Shown piece after piece: positions 1 through 15,809 of a DNA stretch of 64,000 nt. Source of the DNA: the human T2T-CHM13v2.0 reference genome, Homo sapiens. The position numbers were made by a program, and so were the translations under genes. Below the pieces are notes generated by a model. The model was given only the letters and a program-made list of their open reading frames with translations. It had not been told where the DNA came from and ran no database searches. The stretch lies in NCBI RefSeq assembly GCF_009914755.1, contig NC_060933.1. The stretch is one strand, 5' to 3'. Each line of letters opens with the position of its first letter. Position 1 is the first letter of the stretch.

Positions 1-364
1 AAGGACATTTGTGCTGTCTCCTCCTCCCGTATCAAAAGACACCATGGGCAGAGCTAGTTTCACCCAGGAGACAAGGCCTCCAATATCTTGGCTTTGCTGT
101 CTGTCCTCCAGGAAGCCCCACCCCTCCACATGACACAACCTCCTTGACCCTCTTAGCACTCAGTGCTGCTGTCAGCCAACCCTTCTCCATGTGGACGGAT
201 GCAGCCACTTTGCTTGTCTTTCACCCCAGCAGACTGTGGCTCTGTGAGGGCAGAAACTAGACCTGGCTCTTTCCCTTTGAATCTTTTCCTCCCAGCCCCC
301 AGCTCTAGACTGGTGTGTTTGAGTTATTCCAGGGAAACATGTGCAGAAGGAGGGGATGCAATTG

Positions 365-945
365 TGGATGGGTGGGTGGATGGATGGATGGATGGATAGA
401 AAGGTGGGTGGATGCATGTATGCATGCACAAGTGAATGGATGCTTAGATGGATGGGTGGATGGATGGATGGATGGATGGATGGATGGATGGATGGATGGA
501 AGGGTGGGTGGATGGATGGGTGGTGGATGGAAGGGTGGATGGATGAGTGGATGGATGGATAGAAAGGTGAGTGGATGCATGTATGCATGCAGAAGTGAAT
601 GGATGCTTGGATGGATGGAAGGGTGGGTGAATGAGGGGGTGGATGGGTGGTGGATGGATGGATGGATGGATGGTGGATGAATGGTGGATGGGTGGATGGA
701 AGGGTGGATGGATGAGTGGGTGAAAGGGTAGATGGATGAGCAGTGGAAGGACAGACAGAAAGGTGGGTGGATGCATGTTTGCATGCACAAGTTAATGGAT
801 GCTTAGATTGATGCATGGATGGGTGGTGGATGGATGGATAGAAAGGTGGGTGGATGCGTGTACGCATGCACAGGTGAATGGATGGATGCATGGATGGGTG
901 TGTGGATGGATGGGATGGAGAAGGGGTGAATGGACAGGTGGATGG
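365..945. repeat. (GGAT)n-derived simple repeat with a recurring higher-order cassette
   Basis: TGGA/GGAT runs. The cassette gaaaggtgggtggatgcatgtatgcatgcacaagtgaatggatg recurs near 398, 561, 757 and 841. Confidence 0.95.
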
Positions 946-1943
946 TTGCTCAGAACATAAGCAGAGGGACTGTGTACTGTGCAGAGGAGCAAGAGGTACA
1001 CAGAGGCAGGGTCTGGGCCTGGAGCCAAGACGGGAGGCCTAAGGACAACAAGCCCAGAGAAGCAAGACATGCGCCAAGCAGAGCCAAGAGCCAGGAGTAA
1101 TTAAGCCTGCGTGCACAGCCCTGGAGCCCCAGCAGCCCTGTCTTCATTAAGATGCTGACCAGGGAAATCTCATCAGAGATAGAAATTCTGGCTTGAGCTG
1201 CTTCCAGCCCTGGCCCTGTCACCTTCCCCATAAAGTGTCTCCTAATTTGGCCAGAGCCCTGGGGCAACCCTGCCTGCAGAAAATCTCCAGGGTTGAAAAA
1301 CCCCCTGAGCCCAGAGCAGGGTGGTGTTCCTGCCTGGTGTGACTCACTTGACCCTCTGAGGCCTCCACTTGTCCTCTCCCTTCACCAAGTAAAACTCAAG
1401 GACCCAAATGCCATTAATTCCAAAAATGTCCATCTCAGGGCTGCTCAGAGCCACCTTTGGCAGGCTTGGCCATCACCATAGCCCTGGCCACCTGGAGTTG
1501 GCAGGCTCCAGGACACATCACATGCCCCCACAAACCCTGCTCATTGAGCCCCACACAAGGCTGTTAGGCCTCCATCTCCTCAATTAAATGGATGGAGAAA
1601 CTGAGGCTCAATGAGATAAGGAAACTGCCTTGGCCAAGAGTGCACAGCCCAGAGTGGCTGAGCCGACCCCAGACTCGGGCCTGCTGCAGGCAGCTGGGCA
1701 AGCTCCCTTTCACAAACGCAGTGACCTTGGGGTTACCTGCTGAGGCTTAACACACTGACCTGGGGGAACTTGAGTGTCCACCTGATGAAATTGGACACTC
1801 CCAGTCTCAGACCCTGAATGTGCCTGGGATCTGGGAGGTGGGAGAGGATCGGGGAGGTGGGAGAGAACGTTGAGGACCTGCCAGCACTCTGAGCCCACCC
1901 CCAGAAGCCTGTGGACACCTGGGACACACGGACTCCCCTAACA

Positions 1944-2276
1944 CAGGGGTCCCCAAACCCCAGGCCACAGACAGGTACTGCTCCATGGGCTGTTAGGAAC
2001 CAGCCCACACAGCAGGAGGTGAGTGGCGGCTGAGCGAGCATGACTGCCTGAGCTCCACTCCTGTCAGATCCACAGCAGCATTAGATTCTCGTGGGAGCAA
2101 GAACCCTATTGTGAACCATGCATGCAAGGGATGTAGGCTGTGCGTTCCTGATGAAAATCTAATGCCTGATGATCTGAGGTGAAACAAGCTCATCCCGAAA
2201 TCACCCTCACCCTGTCCATGGAAAAATTGTCTTCCATGAAACCCATCCCTGGTGCCATAAATGTTGGGGACAGCTG
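1944..2276. mobile_element. MER1B-like hAT-Charlie DNA transposon (MITE)
   Basis: Ends caggggtcccca...tggggacagctg form imperfect TIRs. 8-bp TSD ccctaaca/ccttaaca. Internal sequence matches recalled MER1B. Confidence 0.85.
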
Positions 2277-3214
2277 CCTTAACATTCGCACACCTGGAAA
2301 GCAGGTGTGGTCATCACATTTTACAGGACAGGGCGCCACCAGAGGGGTGTCAGCACCTGGCAGAGAGTGAGACATAGACAGTGTCTGCAGGACTGAGGCT
2401 GGGAGGCACAAACCACCCCTCCCAACGCTCACCGCACTAGGAGTCAGAAGGGCTTCGCACCTGTCTCAGCTTGGATGCACTGTGTGACCCTAGGCAAGTC
2501 CCTTCCCCTCTCTGGACTGCATCCTCACCTTCTCACAGCAGGTGGAGTGCAGACCAGCCTCCCCAAGGCCCCTTAGAGCTCCGAGGGTGCAGAATTCTGT
2601 TCCTGGGCTGCCACGCATCTCCCCAAGGCCCATCCACTTCTGGAACTCTGAGCACCAGCCTGGGGTCCACAGGGACCACCCCCAGGACCCCCGTGTGCTC
2701 AGGAAGAACCAGGGCCTGTTTGTGGGAAAGGACCGTGAGATGCAGCCAGCAGATGATTTCTGTGCTTCGTGACCCAGTTTCTCCGGGGGGATTTCTGTGT
2801 CAAGTTGGAACAAATTAAAATTCATTTGTCTTCCTTTCGGGAGGAGAGCAGCCCAGCGGGGAAGTGCAGCGTGGCCTCTCCCAGTGCGCCCAGTGCCAAG
2901 GCAGTCTGCAGGAAGTGGCACACTGCTGGCGCAGGGACAGGGCAGGTACACAGGGCAGAGGCCGTGCCCATCCCAAGCCTGTGCCCTGAGCCAGAGCCCT
3001 GCTCCCAGCCCCTCCCAGAGAGGATCGTCCTCACTCGGTCCGCTGCAATGATGCCCCTGCATGAAAGAAGCTCCCTGCTCCCTCAGAGTGCCTCACCTGG
3101 GAGCCTCCTCTGGGCCTGGTGGAGCCCACAACCCAGCGAGGACCTGGCACAGTTGGCAATGTGAGTGGTGGCCCACGACGCAACTTGTGATTGTGGTTGT
3201 GGTGGAGTAACAAC

Positions 3215-3760
3215 ACCTCGTCCACACCTGCCCGTGGAATGCTGCAGGCCAGGCGCTGGGTCACACTCTTCACGCGGATTATCTCGTGTGACACCTGGCC
3301 CACACCCGTCCGTGGAATGCTGCAGGCCAGGCGCTCGGTTACACTCTTCACGCGGATTATCTCGTGTGACACCTGGCCCACACCCGCCTGTGGAATGCTC
3401 CAAGCCAGGCGCTGGGTTACACTCTTCACATGGATCATCTCGTGTGACACCTGGCCCCCACCCGCCTGTTGAATGCTGCAGGCCATGCGCTGGGTTACAC
3501 TCTTCATGCGGATTATCTCATGTGACACCTGGCCCACACCCGTCCGTGGAATGCTGCAGGCCAGGCGCTGGGTCACACTCTTCACACGGATTATCTCGTG
3601 TGACACCTGGCCCACACCCGTCCGTGGAATGCTGCAGGCCAGGCGCTGGGTTACACTCTTCACGCGGATTATCTCGTGTGACACCTGGCCCACACCCATC
3701 TGTGGAATGCTGCAGGCCAGGCGCTGGATTACACTCTTCACGTGGATTATCTCGTGTGAT
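3215..3760. repeat. 78-bp VNTR, about 7 copies
   Basis: Unit acctggcccacacccgtccgtggaatgctgcaggccaggcgctgggttacactcttcacgcggattatctcgtgtgac at 3293, 3371, 3449, 3527, 3605 and 3683, plus a degenerate first copy. Confidence 0.97.
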
Positions 3761-6482
3761 TCTCACAGCAAATACATTATCATCCACATTCAGATAGGGA
3801 TACTGAGGCACAGCACGGCAGACCACACCAGGAGCCGTAGAGGGGTTTTGTTTGTTCAAGAAATATTTTTGTGCACCTGCAACAAACTGTCCTGGGCTGG
3901 GGGCTGTAGTCAGATGGACAAGGCAGATGGTCCCCTGGGGCCAGGCTGTGCCGGGGGACAGGCAACCCAGGATGTGTACAAGTAGCTCCATGATTACAGT
4001 GGGGCCACAGTGGGAAATCCTGGGCGCTGGCAAAGCAGACGAGCCAGGGTCAAAGACAAGATCCCTGCACCCCATCCCGGACAGGCCAGGCTGTCTCGTC
4101 TGTCATGGAATGCGCCCCCACCACCGAGGATGGGGTCCTGGAGCCAGTCCTCAAAGGCAGGAGAGTGGATGTCGAGAGAAGGGAAGCCCACGGAGGCCAG
4201 GTGCAGCTGCTGGGAGAGGAGCTGTAGGTGGGGGACGCCTGCATGGAGGGACAGCCCCAAAGGCTCCCGTCTACAGCAGCCATGACTCTCACAACTTAGG
4301 ACCCGGGGCACCCAGGGTCATCTTTACGAACTCACTCAGCCCACATTTCACTGAGGCCGACCTTGTGCCAGGCACCCTGCCAGGCAGGAAGGAGGTGCAG
4401 GACGTTGCTCAGAGCCCCCAGCGGCCACCCAGGCAGAGGAATGCGTGGGGATCTCGGGGAGCCCTGAGGAAGGGTACATCCTGTCCACAGCAAGGCCATA
4501 GGGTGGGGCCGGGTAGGGAAGCCACACTAGGCAGCTCTGGGTAGGCAGGAGCCATCCAGGCCGGGTGAGCGGGGACCACACTGGGGGTCCTGGGCCCGGG
4601 GAGCTGTGGGCTCTGGTGGAGACGGATGTGGTCAGAGTGAGGAGTTAGGGAGAGCACCTACTGCCTGAGGGAGCCGGAAGGGGACCATTTCAGGGTCCAG
4701 GCTAGAGTTGGGGGCAACATTGAGCAACGAGGGTGGAAAGAGGAGATGAGGCATACAGAGGGAGCAGCCGGGCCACCAGCTGTGGACGTGAGGGGCAGCA
4801 GCGCCCCCAGGCCAGCGTAGGGGCTCTGGGAGGAGAGATTTCCAGAGGAAGATGGGAGTTTTGGTCCCGCTGTGTGTGGGAGCCACTCGGGTGGCTCTGC
4901 AGGGGCGGGGCAAGATGCTAGGGTCTGAGGGTGGGTCTGGGAGAACAGCGAGCCTGGCAGAGCCATGGGAGACCAGGAGGGGCCTGCACAGCCTCAAAGT
5001 GCCAGCACCTGCCCTTGAGCCCAAGGCGATGGCCAGGGGGACTGAGGTTGGCCTTGGGCCTGTGTGGGCCCCGTGCCTTGCCCAGCTCCCAGCTCAGTCA
5101 TGCAGCGTATGCTAGCAGTGCCTGTGTCCAGGCTTGGCGTGCAGATGCCCAGGGCACCCTGAGGGGGGCCCCAAGCTGCAGCAGGAGGCACAGATATCAC
5201 ACGGCTGTGCATGCAGGGTAGAGCGGACAGTGCGGGCATGTCCCCCCACCACAGACCAGGAAGCCACCAGGAGCAAGGCACAGGTCTATGCAGGCATGAT
5301 GTGTGTCCTTGTCCCCAGCAGCATGGTCGGGCACAGAGCTGGGCACACTGGCCTGCTCAGGAGCATATGGCCGGTGGGGGCCTTGCCAGAGCTGGGTCCA
5401 GATGATGGGGCTGGAAGGACTTGCAGCCAGCAGGCTGGGGCCCCAAAGCAAGGATGGCCTGCACCACTGTGGGCTGGGAAGGGGGTGCTCTGGAAGCCCA
5501 TGGAGGGAAGTGGGGGGGTCAGAGGAGGGGTGGGATCTTCCCTGTCATTGCCTGGACGTGACAGAGCAGGAGGCTGAGCAGCTGAGGAAGGGAAGAAGAT
5601 AGGGTGGGTGGGGTCTGAGAGGGAGGAAGGGGCCCCAGGTGCCTGCAGACAGGGATGGAAAAGAGGGTGGGGTGAGACAAGCTCTGCTCCCCAGGGCATC
5701 GAGCTGGTGCAGAAGAAAGACCCCCAGGAAAGAGCCCTCGATGCCAGCTCCCCGGGTCCTGCTCCTCCAGCCTTCCCCCATCCATCCTCATGTCCGAGTT
5801 CCCATCCACCCACTCACAACTCTGACTTTCATGGTGAAGCCTCAGGATGCTCCTCTGAGTCCAGAAGAGCCCCCTCCCTGCATCCGCCTGGCTCATTTCC
5901 TCCTTCCTGCAGGAACATCACCCAGCAGAGCGGCTCCATCATCCGTGTAAAATAACCCCCAACCCAACCTGGCACCCCATCCCCAGCCTGCCTCAGTTTC
6001 CCTCCCAATCCTGCTCCTGCCCTTCCTGCATTTGTCATTCTCTCCCAGCGTGGACGTGAAAGAAGCCTCCGAGGGTGGGGACTCTTTCTCCCATGTTCTC
6101 TGCTGCCTGCCTGGACCTGCCACCCAACACTGGACAGGTACTTTTGGAAGGAAAGAATGAGTTACAGAAAGTGCCTCTCGTGGGGTCCGGGGTGGGGCAG
6201 TGGATAAATAAGCTTTCTCGTAAAAATACTGCTGTGAATCCTGCTTGGCGAGAGGCAGCCCACAGATGACGAAGAGGCAGCCCACAGATGCCTGCCTTGT
6301 GGATGCAAAGGGAGGCCGGCAGTTTTGCTGAGAAATGTTAGGAAAAGGTCCAACTGCTCCACCAGCGACTGAGGCAGGCCCAGCAAGACTGAGGATATGG
6401 ATGTGAGTCTGATTACAGGCGACAAGTGGGGTCGCTCAGTGGATGCCAATGGCAGGGGGTGGTTCCAATGGACTTTGTCTAA

Positions 6483-6797
<315 letters not shown>

Positions 6798-7431
6798 TAA
6801 TTTCCTTATTTTTCACAGTAAAGGAGACGCACAATTCTGCCTTACTGTGCATCAGACAATCATGGGGTCACTTTTGACTCACTGAGGGATGGAAACTGGA
6901 AGGGGGTGAGTCGGGGCTGAGACACATGTTCCAGAAGAAATGCCCTTCTCTGCAGAAAGAGTGGGACCCTCGGGCTGTGTCGGGAAGACAGAGAGAGGAA
7001 AGCAGGTAGCTGTGCGGCCAATGAGCCAGTGGTCCCGGCAGCCCAGGGCGGCAGCAGCGGAGGGTGGCTCAGCTGCCCTTGGACACAGGATGTTTTTGGG
7101 GTTTCGTAGACTGACGCTGATGCCACTGATTCCATGCCTGGCGCTGCACTAAACTCTTCCAGTGCCAACGTGCTTCATCCTTTGCGATGACCCTATGGGG
7201 TGGGAACCGCCGCTACCCCATTCTGCAGACAAGGAAACAGAGAGAGTGGAGAAACTCTCCCTAGGTCACACAGCCTGTAAGTGGCAGGGCCAGGATTTGA
7301 GCCCAGAGAGTTCGGTCCCAGGGTCCACACCCTGAGCCATCACACTCCACATGGGTGTCCACCTGGCCTTGGCCAGAGGAAGGAGAAGACCCGAGCCAGC
7401 AACTCAAAAGGGTTCACTAATAAAAGTGATG

Positions 7432-7727
<296 letters not shown>

Positions 7728-10653
7728 AGTGATGCTGCACCTGCTCCACACTGAGCCCAAGGGTGCAAAGTGCCCCCCTCTGATGACCCCTAACCATGAT
7801 CCGCCTCACCCCCAGCTCTGCCTGGTCTCACCCCAGGACTTTTGCACTGCCATGGCCTCGGCCTGGGCCGCTGGCCCCAGATCTTCACGTGGCTGATCCC
7901 TGTGGTCATGACAGTGCCCTCCCCGGGAGCATGTGCCCAGCTGGCATGGCCAGCTCCCCCTTCCCTCCTGGAATTCTCTGCCTGATGTCTTCTCGGGGTT
8001 GCCTTAAGTTCCCTTTGCCCACCCTGCCTGCAGTTAGACGGTAAACTGTGTGGCAGGGTTCATGTCTGTCTTGTTCTCCACGGTCCCCAGAGCCTAGCAT
8101 GTGGACTGGGGATGGGAGGATACCACGCCTTGCCAGTCTCCTCCTGTGGCTGGTGCACCTGCTGCTGCTACACCCTCTGTGCCACACGGTGGGTCCGAGC
8201 ACGTCCTCTGAGCCAGGCGCTCCCTCGCCATGGGGAGTGCCTCTGGTTGCGCATTGCCTGTTGCACGTTGCAGGTTGCACATGGTAACTCCTGGGCTCAC
8301 AGCAGCATCCCTAATCGACCTCTGTCTCCCACTCAAATGAGAATGCCCGTGTTTCTGACTCTGTGTTTGCCTTTAAGGAAATGGAACAGGGACACTCCTG
8401 GGCCCTGGAGCCGGCTGTGCTCTCTGGAAGGGGAGCAGCCAGGCATCAGGCCCACCCTCTCCCACCCTCCGTGCCTCCTCCAGCCTCCATCAGCCCTCAA
8501 CACCGGCCACCGAGGGCCCTGGGGCCAGGGTGGAGACACATCATCTCTATTATTAATAATCAAATTTCCCCTGGATCCGTGCTCGCTCATTCCCAGGCCA
8601 ACGACTGGGTGCTTTTGGCCCCATTCCTCCCTTAGTCCCCTCATCGCCTCCGAGATTAGACACAGTGGCCTGGCACACAGAAGCCGCTGCAGAGGGACTG
8701 AGGCTGCGGAACTCACACCCGGAGCCTGCGGCAGCCATGGCAGCAAATCTGGCCTTGGGGCCTCCAAGGGTCGGGTGCCCCTGGGCTCTTGCTGCTGGCT
8801 TCTTCGAGCCATGTTTTCTGTGCCCGGCCCCTCCTTCCCCTCCCGGCCACGTGCTGCCTGGGTGGCTCTAGGGAGCTGGCTGCTGCCCTCACGGAGACAA
8901 ACAGTGATGATGTCACTGGGGAGACAGAGATGCCCACCGGCTACTTCACCTGTCGCTCCTACCAGGGGCTCTTCTGCAGACCGCTGTCCAGGCCGGCTCA
9001 GCCCCAGGCCTGCAGCACTTGGTCTTGATGACAGGACAGCCCTGGCCTCCCAGCCACGCCCCACTGCCTGCCACGGCCAGGGACCCCAGCACACTCTTGG
9101 CTGGACCCAGGGAACTGAGACAGAAGTGAGGCTGCCAGGAGCACCCCTGGAGGTGGCTGTAGCAAGAATCTGCCTGCAGCACGTGGGGACACCAGGGTCC
9201 CACACTCACCTCCCAACCCTCGCCCACAGGCACTAGCAGGCCCCCAACTCGGGGGCCCCACTCTGGGAGGACTGCGACCCTGACCAGTCCCTGAAGAAGA
9301 GACCTCAACTTCAGGCCAGCATGAGATGCCTCATCCCCAGGCTCTCTGGTTCTTGGTGCGTATCTTCAGTCTCCTTCCAGCAGCTTCTGAGACACAGCCA
9401 TCCTGGGATTCGTCGTGGAAAGAGGGCTGGTCAAGGGCGGGGTCTGGCCTGGAGCTAGGGAAGAAGTTATAGGAAGGTGTGGCCAACGTGGGCCCAAGGT
9501 GCCACCTGGGGTAGGGAGGAGACGGCCCCACCCCTCTCCTCCTGCCCTGAGGGAGGGTCAGCCTGCTCGGTGTGGACCAGCTCCTGGGCGGGTGGGGATT
9601 GACATTGGCTTTGAGGCTGCTGCGTTGGAGAGCCCTGTGGTCTGGGGCTCCTGGAGCTTGGACAGAGACACACCTGGCGTTTGGCCAAGTGTGGAATTGG
9701 ATTTGTTTCTGCCTTTATCAGTTAGCAAGGCAGTTGGTTATGGAGTGGGGGCTCCCTGGGGGCTGCATGGAGCAGCTGTAGCCGACAGCTGGATATGGCT
9801 TTTCTGGGTACCAGAGAACTGGAAAAACTGGACATTGGCCCAACCTGGGCAAAGGCCAACCTTGGGTACCTGTGTGAATCCTGGCAAGGGCTGGTGGCCT
9901 CTGGACTTCTGGGCCAGCCCCTGGAATCCATCCAGCTGCCTATGGGTCAGGACACTGCCCAGCAGCCTCTGGGATGGTGGCCTTTGGAGGTGGCAGGACT
10001 TGTGGCCAGGAATGGCCTGTGGCCTGAGACTTATACCAGGGCAGAGTCAGACCCCTCTGGGGGACAACGAGATTTCCTTACCGCGTGCGTCAGTCTCCCC
10101 AGAAAAACACAACCAGAAGGATGTGGACACACAGAGAAAGAGGCTTCCGAGAGGGAGCTGGCTCCTGTGATCACGGCGGCTGGCCGGTCCCAAGGTTTGT
10201 AGCCAGCAGGCAGGAGGCCCAGGCAGGAGGCCCAGGCAGGAGGCCCAGGCAGGCTGATGTGTATTTGCAGCCCGAATCCAAAGGCCAGCAGGCTCAAGAT
10301 CCAGGAGGAGCCAACACCCTCCACTCCCTGGGGATTTGTGTCCTCAAGAGCTTCCCTTCTGCAGGGGTTGGTCCTGTCCGACTCCAAAATCCATGCTGTG
10401 TGGCCTTGGATTCCACTTCTCCCGGCCTGGCCCCAGCCTAAGCCCAGGCCTGGACCTGTGAGAGTCCCCATCTCAAACTCAGGCCAGCGAGGGCTGAGAT
10501 GTGACCTCTGACTCCTGGTAACTTCTCAAAAACCTGTGGAAGAGGGCGGTGGCAGCAGGGATTCAAACGACAGTGATCAGCTGATGGACGGGAGGGGCGC
10601 CGCGCAGGAAGCACGCTAGGACCCGCCTCTGGGAACACTTGCCACTCCTCCTA

Positions 10654-11294
<641 letters not shown>

Positions 11295-12116
11295 TCACAT
11301 GTATTATCATCCCACAGAATGAGTATTCCAAGGGGCACATCCAGGAAATTCTGCCAAAATCTGCCTCCAAGCCAGTCACAGACCTGACCTTTGCGTGCTG
11401 AGATGTCCTGTGACATCCTTGTTCCCTCCCCGCACCCCCGCCCCACGTTCAGCCCAGGAAAGAACCAAGTTCTGACACTTCCAACTCAGCATCTACTTTC
11501 TCGGGCAGCCTCTTTGGGTCAGGAAATCGTTAAACCAACGAAGCTGCTTGCACCCTGTCCACAAACAGGTCAAAACCAGAGGCCCTACAAAGTGGACTTT
11601 CCATAACACCAGCGGCTGGCAGCCTTCCATCAAGCTAGTGCCAGGAGGGAGAAACTGGGAATGATTGTCTCTTAGACTGAATGGGGCCTGAGAAATTCCA
11701 TGAAAACCATTTTAAACTTGAACTTCACCCAAAGTTTCCTGCATGGTCATTCCTGTCGCATAAGCTGGTGCTTAGAAAACGCCTGGAGCTGGAGGAAGCA
11801 GGTAGGGATCACCAGCTCACGTGTGGCCACAGCCAGCCCTGTCCCCGCACCTGGCATACACAGCTGTGGGCCCTGAGTTACATCCTGGGAAAGAAAGACA
11901 TCACGGGGCAACCAGGCAGTGGGACGGTTGCTATTTCCTTCTATATTGCCCTGTGCCGAATTCTTCTCTCTAAGCAGGTGTTAGGTTTGCCAGGGATGGA
12001 GTCAGGGGTCTCCATTTGCTATCTGGACTTAGGGGCTCTGAAGCAGATGAAGCAGACCCCAGGGCCCACGACACACCCGCATCACTCCTTCACACATGGC
12101 CGCTTGATTATACTTA

Positions 12117-12617
<501 letters not shown>

Positions 12618-12886
12618 TTATTGCATTTAAATGTGTACTTAAGTCCCACATTGTTTCATTTCAGTTGTTTTTCTACTGATCCTGCTGTATGTTGCATTTG
12701 GAGCTTGACTTTTCTGCTGTCACAGACTTGAACTCCAGAGCATCTGTGCCCACAGCACATCCATGCTGTGTACTACTCTGCAGCGTGAATACACCTGCCC
12801 ACCTTCTACCGGCGTACTTTGGGGCATCTCTGGCATTTGCACAATCTGTGTCCTGGGGTACGTTGGGCTTTGGAGCCTGTGGATGT

Positions 12887-13188
12887 TGAACTTTACAAAT
12901 GAGCCTAATTTTTTCCAAAACAACTGCTCAAATTTACCCTTCATATATAACAGGAGGTCCTAAAGACCCCAGTCCCATCCATCACTCAGTGTGACTGTGG
13001 GATCTAAGATGAAGTTGCCCTGCACCTGGAGACCCAGGTGAACTTTACAAATGAGCCCAAATTTTTCCAAAGCAACTGCTCAAATTTACCCTTCATACAG
13101 AACAGGAAGTCCTAAAGACTCCACTCCCATCCATCACTCAGTGTGACTGTCGGATCTAAGATGGAGTTGCCCTGCACCTGGAGACCCA
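12887..13188. repeat. 152-bp tandem duplication (2 copies)
   Basis: tgaactttacaaatgagcc...cctggagaccca at 12887 and again at 13039. Confidence 0.95.
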
Positions 13189-15809
13189 CAGTGGGGTCTC
13201 CTCATTTGGCTTCCTGATCCCTGCCAAGGCTGAGCCCCTCTGGGGTGCTATCAGGCATCCAGCTTCTCTCTTATGTGAGATGCCTGCTCATTTATTTCGC
13301 CATTTGCTACTGGGTTGTATGTCATTTTCTCACTGATCTGCAAATGCTCTTTATATATGCAGGCTACTAATCCTTTGTCAATTATTAATATTTATGATGA
13401 GAATACTTTCTCTCAGTTCATAGCTTGTCTTTTTGTTCTTTTGAATTTGTCTCCAGTGAATAGAACTTCTTAATTTCAATATCTTCACGTTGAAACATCT
13501 CTCCTTTTATAGTTAGAGATTATGTATTTTATTTTTAAAATCTTACCCACCCTCACCCAGCAGTTCAGTAGAGGATGGGACACTAAGAGAGAAAAGCAAG
13601 AATCCTACAGACCATGAGCATCATGGCAGGGAGTGGGCTGGGGAGATCCTGAGATGCTCCAGAGTCAAGTGAGTGCGCTGAGCACTGAAGGAGCTTGGAC
13701 CTCGTCCTCTGGGCTAAGAGCAGGTGGCTCAGGAGAAGTTCACATAGAGCAAGGTGTCCAATGCCCCAGCAGGAGAACAGTGTCAGGGAGAGGCCCTTCC
13801 AATGCATTGCGAAAACCCCCACTCATTGCAAAAAAACCCCACTGAAAGCAAAAGGAATATTTGCTTCCGAGAATCATGAAAGGCCCCAGCCAGTGCAATT
13901 GGCTGCCTGGCCACTTCCACCTCTGTCCTCCTGGCCATTCTGGGGTTCAGGCTGATGCTCCTCAAGGCTACAAAACAACTGCCACAGCCCCAGGAATCCC
14001 ACCCAGACCCAGCAATGCCCAGCAAAAGAAGGAGAGACTCTTCCTGGAATCTCTTTGAAAAACAAGAAAGCCTTCCCTAGAAGCTGCTGTTATCAACTGG
14101 CTTCAGACCCCTCCCGCAGAACCGCCTCACATGCCGTGCCTAAACCAGCTCCAAGCTGGGAAGGTAAGACTCCAAGGTGCGCTGGATTCATCCGCTTGGG
14201 GGTCACTAACCCTGGGAATGAAGATCCACTCACACCCCAAGTTTGTTACCAAGGAAGAGGGGTTGTGGTGACTGAGTGTAGGTGCCACCCGTGTCTGCCA
14301 CCAGAAGCTGAGCTGAGTGAATGCCTGGGTCTGGTGGCTTTCTCCACCACCACTGCCGAGTCCCGTACGTCCTGTGCAACACAGGGAAGAGGAAGGGTGA
14401 TAGTTCACAGGCACCAGCACTTTTACAGGTGTTCATTCATTACACCATTCTCCATCTGAGGAAACTGGGACCCAGAGAGGTTGAGCAACGTAGTCAAAGT
14501 CACACAGCTGATAAGTCATAGAACTGATATTCAAGGCCCAGCTCTGCAGCCCCAGACATTGTGCTATGCCACCTAAACCAGCCAGAAGAACATCCTGGGA
14601 AGGGTGCAAAGGAAGCTGGCGGTGGGCCAGCAGGTGTGAAGGGGCCCAGGGCTGGGAGGAAGATGAAGACACAAAGTGACCCGAGTGGGGCTGCTGCCCC
14701 GGGGCCCTCTGCCTTCTCCAGCATATGGGGCAACGGATGAATAACATCTCAGCAGAGGCCCTGAGGACTGAGGACTGACCTGCCACTATGTCAAGACCTG
14801 AAGTCCCCAGGGCCCCCAGGATCTGCCCACCCCAGGAGAAGGGGGAAGGGGGACAGGGGAAGAATCCATGTCTCCCAAAAGTGGGCCAAGAAACGTCCTA
14901 AAGTGACTGAATCATCATGAATAGGCAAGATGACGTTTTCCACCATCCATGGACATGGTGGCTTGAGAGTCTGGTCCATCCGCAGGGAGATGAAAGGGCT
15001 TCCCTTGCCCCCTTGACATCCACACCTGCTCCCTGCATGAGGCCCAGTGCCTGCCGAGGGCTCTTGTGCCCCCAAGGGGATTCCAGCTGCCATCGCCATT
15101 GCTCGTGGGACTGCGGGTGGAACGGGTGGGTTCATGGAGACACCTGGGAAGAGCTTCGCAGGGTTTGTTCAAATGGTGGAGTGTGTGAGCTCCTCACCAC
15201 TGAGCCCGAGGGGCAGGCGTCCGGCTCTTGCTTCCTCCCAGGCCCACTTCCTGACCTGTGGCGGGAAGGGCCCTGACAGAGGGATGCCGAGGGTCTATGT
15301 CTCCCACATATGATGGGAGCAGGGCGCACAGGCACAGGCCGGGGCTGACAGACAGAGTGGCTGGCACAGCCACAGTCGCATGGTTCTGAGCAGGGCAGGA
15401 GGCCCAGGACTGAGCCAAGCACAGACACCCACCCTCAGACCCCATGGCCGTCCAGCCCTGCCCCGGCTGTTTAGGCTGAGCGGCCACCCCGAGGCCCACC
15501 ACCCATAAGTAAGTCTCTGCCCCTTCCAGACTGACTGACCAACTCCCACACTGCAGGGCACGAGGCTTGGCTTCCCAGGGAGCTGCCAAAGCAGGGAGTC
15601 AATTCCCGCGGGGTGAGTTCTGACCCACAGGACACAGGACCGAGCAGAGGGCAGACTGCCCCGCCTCTCTGGGACGGATGGTTCCAGGGGTTCCAGGCCG
15701 TGTGGGGACGCCTGCTGAGCCACCACCTCTATCCCACACACACACTGGCCTCCCCACCCCGCTGCTTCACTCCCTTCCCCCTCACTCTCACTCTCCTGGG
15801 ACCACACTT

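Noticed and set aside
172-891. His/Pro/Ser/Ile-rich and Trp/Met/Asp/Gly-rich ORFs
   Set aside because: Translations of the (GGAT)n repeat.
3215-3760. Possible CRISPR-like array
   Set aside because: Units are contiguous with no unique spacers, the context is primate DNA, and there are no cas genes. It is a minisatellite.
8112-10170. Long ORFs of 374, 290 and 251 aa
   Set aside because: No recognisable domain, overlapping on opposite strands, composition typical of stop-poor GC-rich DNA. Small spliced exons cannot be excluded by eye.
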